Source: Dehalococcoidia bacterium (GTDB lineage: Bacteria; Chloroflexota; Dehalococcoidia; Plut-88900). From it: a stretch of 64,000 bases of DNA. The notes under the pieces were generated by a model. It had not been told where the DNA came from. It ran no database searches and saw only the letters and a list, made by a program, of their open reading frames with translations. Positions 56,568 through 64,000 of this stretch are shown one piece after another (the stretch's first letter is position 1; each line of letters opens with the position of its first letter). The translations under genes were made by a program, and so were the position numbers. Location: NCBI GenBank assembly GCA_965197645.1, contig OZ240219.1, positions 2,944,001 through 3,008,000 on the forward strand, given 5' to 3'.

Positions 56568-59375
56568 TCAGTGCCAGTCCGTGGGATGGCGGCATGACCA
56601 CCCCGGACCGGATGGCCCGCAGGTCGGTCGCTATCACGTTGATGGTCTCGTCCCACCTCGATACGCGCCCTGTGACCTCCACCATCTGGGTGCTGAGCTC
56701 CCTCCGACGCCTGGCGAACAAGTCGCGCCAAACGATTACTTGCGCATCTCCCGTCTCGTCCTCGATAGTCACAAACACCGTTCCGTCCCGCCCCCGCGGG
56801 TGCTGCCTCGCCACCGGCCAACCGGCAACCTTAACCATTTCGTCATCTGCATGCCCTTCAACGTCAAACGTAGTGAGCACGGTGGAGCCGACGCCGGGCC
56901 TGACGAACTCCATGAGGTGTCCACCAGGGTAGATGCTCATCACCTGGTACTCGCCTATCATCTTCTCGCGGTCCGTGAAGTCCGGGATCCGGGGCACGCT
57001 AGCCTGCATGGACACCGGCAACGCGCTCTGGCCGTTACGGGGTGGGCGGGTGCGTAGACCCGCCTCCCACAGAGCCTCTCTGTGGGAGCACTTGAGCCAC
57101 GCGGCCTGGTAGGCGGTCACGCCGAAGGCATGGGAGTGGGACTCGGGGAACATGTAGTGGCCGTTGATCTTGCCGAATATCTTCATAGCGGTCTCTTCGG
57201 TAACCCCGTTGCGCCGTGCGCCCTCCAGGAACCTCTCCCGGTGCATGGCGATCAGGTGCTCGCTGTTGGGCCTGGTGAAGGCCCTGCGCACCTCGTCGGC
57301 CTCTGCCGCTGTCATCTCGGCTACGTCCTGGATGATCTGGACGACCTGTTCCTGCCATACGATGATCCCGTAGCCACGCTCCAGGGCGCGCTTCTCCAGC
57401 GGATGGTCGTACTCCCACTCCGCTCCATGCCGGTAACGCTCCACGAACTGTGACACGGCGCTGCCCTGGACACCGATGCCGGGCCGGATGAGGGCGACTT
57501 GGTATGCGAGGTCGAGGAGATTGCGGGAGCGCAGGCGTTAGGCCATCTTGAGCTGGGCGGGCGACTGGAGCAGGAAGACCCCCTTCGACCGGCCCTCGTT
57601 GATCATGTCGTAGACGTTGGGGTCCTCGGAGTCGATCCTGCTAATGTCGGGCCGTTTGCCCTCTCGCTGTTCCACGAGATCGAGGGCTTCCTCTAACTGG
57701 TCGAGCACTGGTAGGGAGAGGATGTCGATCTTGGCGAACCCGGCGTCGGCCACGCTGTCCTTGTTCCAGTCCATGATGAAGCGCCCGTCCGTCGCCCCCG
57801 CCCTCATGGGTACCATCTCCGGAATGGGGGAGCTGCTGAGCACCATGCCGCCGACGTGCTGGCTGAGACGCCTGGGGGCGTCCATCAGTTGCGGGGCCAG
57901 GACTGGCAGGTCCCGCCAGCCCGGCGCGTCCACCCTGTCCCTGAAGTCCGTTAGCTGCGCTATCTCGTCCCGCAGGTCAGCCGCGTCGTGTGAGTGGAGC
58001 TGCTTCGACAGCAGGGAAAGGTACTCCTGCGGAAGCCCCAGAGCCTTGCCCTGGTCCTGGATGATGCCCTTCACCTTGTAGGTGGTGATGGCTCCCGTTA
58101 GGACGGCGTACTCCGGACCGAAGTGGCGATGCACACGCTCGGTCAGCTCGTCTCTGAGAGCCCTGGGGAAGTCGAGGTCGATGTCGGGTAGGGTTGTCAT
58201 GTCCTCGGAGATGAATCGCTCCAGGGTGAGATCCCACTTGAGGGGATCGACGTGGCTGATGCCTATGAGGTATCCGATGAGCAGCGCAACCGACGATCCC
58301 CGCCCCCTTCCGGGCGGCCTCTCCTCCACCGACGTCTCCGGGCCAACCAGCCCTCTCTCCTCCATGATCCTTTGAGTGAGAAGCGCTATTTCTCTGTAGA
58401 GCAGCAGGAACCCCGCCAGATCCAGGTGCTCTATGAGACGGAACTCTTCCTTGAGACGGTTCTCCACTCGCTTCGCAGGGAACCGTAGCGCCAAGCGGCC
58501 GCCTCGTAGCAGAGGCGTTTCAGGTAGCTCTCCGGTGTGTAGCCCTCCGGCACGCCGGGGTCCGGCAGCGTGTAACCCAGGTCGGTGCTGAGGTCGAACT
58601 GGCACCGCTCGCCGACGACGAGGGTGTTGCACACGGCCTCCGGGCACTCAACGAAGAGCCGCTCCATCTGGGCATGGGACTTGAGGTGGAAGTGACTGTT
58701 GGGTTTCAGATGCGGGAGTGCCTGATCGATGGTCGTGTTGAGCCTTGCGGCGACCAGTGCGTCCTGAAGGCGGGAGCGTTCGGGATGATGGTAGTGGACG
58801 TCGTTGGTGGCGACCACGGGAACACCGATCTCTCCGGCGACCCTCGCCAGCTTCCTGTTGCTGTCGGTGTCGCCCTGCAGGAGGTTCTGGTTGAGTTCGA
58901 CGTACACCGAGCCTGGGCCGTACCAGTCCATGTATCGCTTCAGGAGTTCATGGGCCTCACCCAGACGGCCATCCAGTGTCAGCCTGGCAAGTGACCCGTC
59001 TCGCCCGCCGGCCAGCAGGATGACGCCCTCCGAGTGGTAGGGCAGGTGAGCGGGATCGAGCCTAGGCTCCCTGCGGTCGAGGGCGTTCGCAATGATGAGC
59101 AGCTGCGAGATGTTGGAGTATCCCGCCCGCGTCTTCGCAAGAAGCGTCAACCTAGATCCATCCATCAGGGCCAGCTCACCCCCCGTGATGGACCGGATGC
59201 CCAGGCTGTAGGCCAGCCTCGAGAACTCCAGCGCGCCGCAGAGGTTGGTGTCGGTCAGCGCCAGCGCCGGGTAGCCGTGTTCCTTCGCCTGGGCCAGCAA
59301 CTCGTGCGCGTGGGACGCTCCCACTCCAAAGGAGTAGAAGCTCTTGGCGTGAAGCTCGACGTAGCCATCTGTCAT
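56568..59375 (-). pseudogene. dnaE2: Error-prone DNA polymerase III alpha (DnaE2) pseudogene
   Basis: PHP (YVELHAKSFYSF, ATNDVHYH), GRGSS, PDIDLDF, SQHVGG, KIDIL, FPESH, OB fold (FVTIEDETG). Frameshift near 58478, in-frame TAA at 57538-57540, internal deletion near 57087, +1 base near 56580. Confidence 0.9.
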
Positions 59376-60826
59376 CAGGCGCTCTGCCGGTACCAGCGTT
59401 CGCCCCACTGGTCGCGGAACAGCGTCAACAGCCTGCCCCCGCCCGGGTCGATCCGGTAGTAGGAACGGGCAACGGGCTCAATGAGCCACCATAGGTCGAA
59501 CGTCCACCGGTCGTCTATGCGCATCACCCGCTGCCAGCGCCCCTTTATTCGCACGGATTCCGGCTCTCCCTCGGGCCCTTCCCGAACCTCCACCGGCCTG
59601 GGGGTGTGCAGGAGCCTAATGGAATCTCTGGCTGACGAGTCGATTGGTACCTGCAATGCCCGCATCTCCGGCGCCGGATGCCAGGGCGCCACCTGCGCGA
59701 CCCTGTGGAGGACGTGGGCTCCTCCCATCAACGGCTGCAACCTACGGTCCACCTCCACGAGACGGCCGTGCCTGTTGCTCTGGACGTCGTAGAACAGCCG
59801 CAACTGGGCCCCCGACTCCCCCGTGAAGCGGGACAGCTTGAGAGTCACGTCCTCCAGGGGATTGCGCGGAGGGTTCCCCTCCATCCAGCTCGGTACGATC
59901 TCGGAAACTTTCTCCCATGCGCCTACGGGCTATTTGAACCTGACACTCTTCTCCCATGCCGGCCAGCCCGCCCCCGTAGACAGAAGGTACGCCGTGCCCG
60001 CATACCGGCCTCTCATGTCGGGCCGAGCGAACGCCCTCCTGAGAAGGGCATCCACCGTCACGAACAGGACCTCCATGGAAGAGGAGTGAAACGGTAGCGA
60101 TATGTGCTCGGCCACCGACTCCTCGAAAGCCAGGGGAACTAGAGGGATATGGTCAGTCCCGTTGCAGAGCGCCCAGGCGCGCATTCCCTCACGCCCGAAG
60201 CGGTCCGCCAGCATGTGCACGCTCATGGAGGCGACTGCCCCCATCGTGTGGAGGCCGAACCGGTGTAGGTCCTCCCTAAACTGGCCTGAGACGGGGAGCA
60301 GGTCAATGCTATGAGGAGCTAGGAAGCTCCTGACGTCGTCGGGGACCTTGAACACTTCGTGAGCCGGGCACGTCTGTGCCGCAACCAGAGCGGGAAACTT
60401 GCCATCGGCCACGCCGATTCGCCGGACCAGATGGGCGGGAACCGCGTTCAGCAGGGCGGAGACCACTCCCGCCTCCCCACGGTACACTCCTTCGAGACCG
60501 TCGATGCGCACGTAGGCAGTGCCGAGCTCTGCCCCTTCTACCCTGTCGCTGATACCCTGTAGAGCGGAGAGTATCTGGCCGTAGACCTGGCAGTATCGCG
60601 GCTCGTCGGCATCCAACACCACGGCGTTCGTGTGGCGGGAAACGGCCTGCTCCAGGGTCATCCCGGCCGTCACTGCTGAAGCACCGGGAAGCCGGTCCAA
60701 CACCAGGGGCCTTGCCCTCGATGCGTTCCGGTCGACGATCAGGACAGGCGTGTCCTTCAGGTGGGGCTGTCGGCTCATCTCCACCTTGGCTCTCAGGTGA
60801 GGGACGAGCACATAGGCGACCCTCAT
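59375..60826 (-). pseudogene. imuB: ImuB-like inactive Y-family polymerase with fused C-terminal DUF6504-like domain, interrupted by an in-frame TAG
   Basis: GMTLEQA, GTAYVRIDGL, LHRFGLHTMG, QLRLF clamp motif, IDDRW...WW...RSYYRI. TAG at 59930-59932 separates two same-frame ORFs; TGATG coupling to dnaE2. Confidence 0.82.
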
Positions 60827-60871
60827 GTATCCACCTCAAACATGATGGGAGTCTGGACTGGCAATGATAGA

Positions 60872-60883
60872 GAACGTGTGTTC
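60872..60883. promoter_or_regulatory. LexA (SOS) box, GAAC-N4-GTTC type
   Basis: GAACGTGTGTTC about 45 bp upstream of the imuB start, adjacent to a minus-strand GATAAT -10-like hexamer. Confidence 0.85.
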
Positions 60884-61468
60884 GCATTATCAATATCCCC
60901 TCGTCTTTTCTACGGTGGGATGATTCTGCGTACACCGGTTGACCCAGATTGTCGGTGGATAGTGGGTTGACCTGAACCATGCCAAGGCTCTACACACACT
61001 CTCGATCCTGAATCGAATAGGCAAGGGGATAGTGCGCAGTGCGACTTTGAGACAGTTGCCTGGTATGACGATCCGAGGGAGAACGTGGTGCGCCAACCAC
61101 CGGAAACAGACCCACAGTCGAACGGTTCTCTGTGGATGAACAAGCTGTTGCGGATCAACACCCGCTCATGTCATACGATAGCCGCCACCAACTATTGCCT
61201 TGGAAGGATCCATCAGAAGCTTGCTGAGTGAAGCGTTGGTTCAAGTGGACGATAGGACACGCCCAGGGGATCACGTTCAAGGACGGTCTCCCTGATACTC
61301 GGGGTGTATACCCAGTCTGTTCCACAGGGGTTTTTCGGATCGGGGAGGCCTGATAGACCGGCACTCTTCACAATCGAGGTCCCGAGATTTTGGAAGATCG
61401 ACTATCCCCGCCAGTTTCGCCGCAACTCTGACGCCTACCTGCCGCTTTCTGCCTTTTCAGTGCACTCA

Positions 61469-61948
61469 TTAGGGATTCCCGCTCTGCCAATGCCGAAACC
61501 ATAGCATCATCACCGCGAAGACAGCCAGGATTACAAGTGCACCCAGGAAGTCCTGGGCTAATGCAGCATCCTTAGCATCTCCGATCAGAGGCCTGATGGC
61601 GCTGGAACCGATCACGCCCGCTAGGATGAAGATCGGAGCGGCCACACCTAAAGGAATATAGCGATCACGCCCGACTCTAGCTATGTTGAAGAATGTGGCA
61701 TTGGAAAACGCCAGGTACACAGCGAAGAAGTAAGAAGCTCCACGTATGAACCCCAGGTCATCAAACACTGCTGTTGTAAGAACCCAAGTCATGAGGATGC
61801 CCATGCTTAGGCCGAGGAAGCGCAGATATCGATACGGACCTTGCCAAGCGGACCCCCATGCTTCTTGCCAGCTTCTTAGGTGCCAAACCAGGAGCCTGCC
61901 CAGAAGTCTAAGGGCTTCCGCCCGGAGTATTTCGAGGAAACCACCCAT
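61469..61948 (-). CDS. Small 4-TM membrane protein, last gene of the Ubl operon
   Basis: Four hydrophobic segments; AGGAG RBS; starts 18 bp after the DUF6527 stop. Confidence 0.7.
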   Translation of the reverse strand: MGGFLEILRAEALRLLGRLLVWHLRSWQEAWGSAWQGPYRYLRFLGLSMGILMTWVLTTAVFDDLGFIRGASYFFAVYLAFSNATFFNIARVGRDRYIPLGVAAPIFILAGVIGSSAIRPLIGDAKDAALAQDFLGALVILAVFAVMMLWFRHWQSGNP

Positions 61949-61966
61949 TCCGCTTAGCTCCTACCC

Positions 61967-62356
61967 TTACGCCCTTTTGCGCCTGAGCCGACTCAGGATC
62001 GCTCGCCAGAATCTGCCGCGGCGTAGCGCTGTACCGATACGGTCGAAGGCACGGCCTCTCTTGATCTCAAACATCCAACGCTCTCGAGCCCATCGCACCT
62101 GATTCCGATGAATCCAGTAGTGAGATTGACAAGAAAGGCTCCCATTACCAATCGACGGAGAGAGGGACACTGAATTCCCGTCGAAGGTCATCTGCCAGTC
62201 GGTTGGATCCAAAGGTGTCACGATCTCGTTGCCACATCCACAGCAACAACGGTGCATGACCGTAGCGAAGGGTATCGACACGTACAACACCCCATCATCT
62301 AGGGCTTCTGGGATGTAGCTGACGAACTCGTGCCGGAGCGAGTTGATCCGAGTCAC
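61967..62356 (-). CDS. DUF6527 family Cys/His-rich protein
   Basis: FVSYIPEALDDGVLYVS, HRCCCGCG, TPL, PSIGN, CQSHYWI; GTGA overlap with the E1 gene. Confidence 0.85.
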   Translation of the reverse strand: MTRINSLRHEFVSYIPEALDDGVLYVSIPFATVMHRCCCGCGNEIVTPLDPTDWQMTFDGNSVSLSPSIGNGSLSCQSHYWIHRNQVRWARERWMFEIKRGRAFDRIGTALRRGRFWRAILSRLRRKRA

Positions 62357-63525
62357 GCTTTGTCCTCATTGACCAAGTGATTCCCGTCTATCTGGTATAG
62401 GCTAGTATGCTCATTCTCAAGATCGGCGTAGAACCCGCTAACCTTCTTCCACTTGATCACGGCCAGAGCCGCGTTCAGGGCATTGAGGTCAGCGATTTGG
62501 ATGTTGCGGGAATAGTCGTCTTCGCCGTCGCGGTCGGAAATCGGGAGCGTCGAACGGACTTGGTCACGAGACAGGTCCGTGCTCGCGGTCACTCTCAATT
62601 GGCCCAGCAGCGAACTCTCAACCTCCTCTACACCCATACCAACGTCGATGAACGGAACGCCGAATTCCTCCAGCTTCTCTACAAGGAGCCTCCTAGGCCG
62701 ACCCTTGTCAACCGCCATGAACACGAAGTCCATAGCCCGCAGGGAGTCCACTACGGATTCATCTACAAATCCGTGGGCGAAGATGTTCCGTCGCATCTCG
62801 GAGTAAATGTCTCGGTAGTAGGCCGTCTTCTGCGGTGCGGCCCTCAGTGTTTCGATGGAAGGTGCTCCCGGCGAACGGAAGGCGTTGTGCTGTCCAAATC
62901 TGTCGCCGTCGAATAGGTGGATCTCCCGCACGGGAGTCTTGGCCACCAAGTCGAGTATGTATGATCCCGTGCCGCCCACCCCGACGATGGCTACTGCTCC
63001 GCATTCCAGCTTTTCGGTAATGGCGCTGATGCCGGCACGGCTCGATGCCGTATCGATATACCTGAACACGGACTCCTCCTGCCGAGCCTCAACTACTGCA
63101 AAGGTTCGAGCGGTGACGTTGGGGTCAATCGATTGGGCCGGCCCGGCGATGATGGCCTCGTAGGTGGTCATCTTCCGGTAATAGTCGGTATAGCCCTCCG
63201 GCGGCTTACTCGAGAATCTGTGGTCCACGACTAGTCCTTCAGCGAGTTCCCTACGGCGACTGGAGTGGCGGATCTGGGTCAATGGACGCCCTCGCTGGTC
63301 ACAGGGCATTTCTCCAGCGAACATGACGACATGCGTACTCGGCTTCGTGGTAGTGTCTGCCGCCAAGCTGAGCTCAGAAACTAGAGTCCCGTACTTGATG
63401 ACTCGGTCCTCGGTGACATACGGCACGTGTCGCAGAAGTAGGTGACCAGACCGAACTTCGACCTCGTAGCCCTCGTCTTCAAGACGCTGGAGGTCGGCGC
63501 TACGATCTATCAGTGAATGAGACAT
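62353..63525 (-). CDS. ThiF/E1-like adenylyltransferase with N-terminal E2-like (DUF6791-type) domain
   Basis: DLQRLEDEGYEVEV...VPYV...FAGEMPC...FSSKP; E1 core AIVGVGGTGS, LFDGD, HNAFR, FMAVD, FIDVGMG. Confidence 0.88.
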   Translation of the reverse strand: MSHSLIDRSADLQRLEDEGYEVEVRSGHLLLRHVPYVTEDRVIKYGTLVSELSLAADTTTKPSTHVVMFAGEMPCDQRGRPLTQIRHSSRRRELAEGLVVDHRFSSKPPEGYTDYYRKMTTYEAIIAGPAQSIDPNVTARTFAVVEARQEESVFRYIDTASSRAGISAITEKLECGAVAIVGVGGTGSYILDLVAKTPVREIHLFDGDRFGQHNAFRSPGAPSIETLRAAPQKTAYYRDIYSEMRRNIFAHGFVDESVVDSLRAMDFVFMAVDKGRPRRLLVEKLEEFGVPFIDVGMGVEEVESSLLGQLRVTASTDLSRDQVRSTLPISDRDGEDDYSRNIQIADLNALNAALAVIKWKKVSGFYADLENEHTSLYQIDGNHLVNEDKA

Positions 63526-63769
63526 TGAATATAGTCCCGTCCTCGATCTTCACGCTCTTACCCGCGACGAGCCTTCCGTCCGGAGGCCTCCCAGCACCGT
63601 CCCGGTAGCTCACCGTGAACACGATGTCCGGCCCAGATGGCAGTGGGTCGAACGCCAGCCTTACTACCTGTTCGAAGGAGAGTTCCCTGTCGGAATTGAG
63701 TTCCTTAAAAGGAATGACCTTCTCCCGTCCGTTCACTACAATTGTGACTGTATCTTTGTCTTCCACCAT
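63500..63769 (-). CDS. Multi-ubiquitin-domain (ubiquitin-like, beta-grasp) protein
   Basis: VTIVVNGREK...LSFEQVVRLAF...FTVSY...GKSVKIEDGTIFNVSFTDRS; AAGGAG RBS. Confidence 0.88.
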   Translation of the reverse strand: MVEDKDTVTIVVNGREKVIPFKELNSDRELSFEQVVRLAFDPLPSGPDIVFTVSYRDGAGRPPDGRLVAGKSVKIEDGTIFNVSFTDRS

Positions 63770-63802
63770 CGCTATACTCCTTTAGGGTTGTCCCACAACA
63801 TC

Positions 63803-63887
63803 TTGACAGTACCAACCTTGGTACTACAAAATACAGCCTAACTCGTGGCCCACACCCGTGTCAATACCTTATCGGTACAGTGTACCG
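63803..63887. promoter_or_regulatory. Divergent promoters with palindromic operators
   Basis: Plus TTGACA 63803-63808; minus TTGACA 63864-63859; palindromes AGTACCAA-CC-TTGGTACT (63808-63825) and CGGTACAGTGTACCG (63873-63887). Confidence 0.7.
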
Positions 63888-63907
63888 GTATGGGCACAGG
63901 AGGAGAC

Positions 63908-64000
63908 ATGAACCCAAGTAGGCTTGAGCTCAACGATCTAGGTGGTCTCGTCCTGGCAGAGCGAACACGGAGAGGGATGAGTCTCCGGGAATCCGCCCGG
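63908..64000 (+). CDS. XRE HTH regulator, truncated by window end
   Basis: AGGAGGAG RBS; MNPSRLELNDLGGLVLAERTRRGMSLRESAR... Confidence 0.7.
   Translation, partial: MNPSRLELNDLGGLVLAERTRRGMSLRESAR

Larger units (their letters stand above)
5903..64000. mobile_element. Composite genomic island anchored at tRNA-Ser (right boundary outside window)
   Basis: Integrase immediately 3' of the tRNA. All downstream content is accessory (regulators, adhesins, T4SS, recombinase, IS, defence, mutagenesis). No core genes resume and I did not find a tRNA 3' duplication. Confidence 0.75.

Noticed and set aside
57538-59932. Stop-codon read-through or recoding (e.g. pyrrolysine) of the in-frame TAG/TAA in imuB and dnaE2
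   Set aside because: Accompanied by frameshifts and a deletion, and the two stops are different codons; simple pseudogenisation explains it.

Overview
The first ~5.7 kb is host chromosome carrying aromatic/organic-compound catabolic genes: an amidohydrolase, an SDR, a ferritin-like diiron protein, a Rieske oxygenase and a VOC dioxygenase. It is followed by tRNA-Ser(TGA). Everything downstream appears to be one composite genomic island that runs past the window end; I did not see a duplicated tRNA 3' end. The island holds: (i) a P4-type tyrosine integrase, AlpA and a phage-like HTH/ImmR-ImmA switch; (ii) two tandem modules, each with a signal-transduction gene, a divergent giant adhesin (Calx-beta/FN3/cadherin) and a small HTH; (iii) a high-GC ICE with a 4xHTH protein, a ~1 kb structured non-coding region, a Gram-positive-type T4SS (VirB6, two pilins, PrgI, VirB4, VirD4), a Replic_Relax protein and a large serine recombinase hit by a dead IS1182; (iv) defence-like cargo (ABC ATPase + DUF4276, a Rad50/RloC-like ATPase, a Ubl/E2-E1/DUF6527 operon); and (v) a decaying LexA-boxed imuB-dnaE2-SRAP cassette. 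Gene content suggests a Chloroflexota (Dehalococcoidia/SAR202-like), possibly host-associated, organism; this is inference only. The most unusual signals are the strand-specific covarying hairpin array at 31944-32178 upstream of the 4xHTH gene, and the glycine-less ubiquitin-like conjugation operon at the right end. All domain calls were made by eye from motifs; no searches were run.
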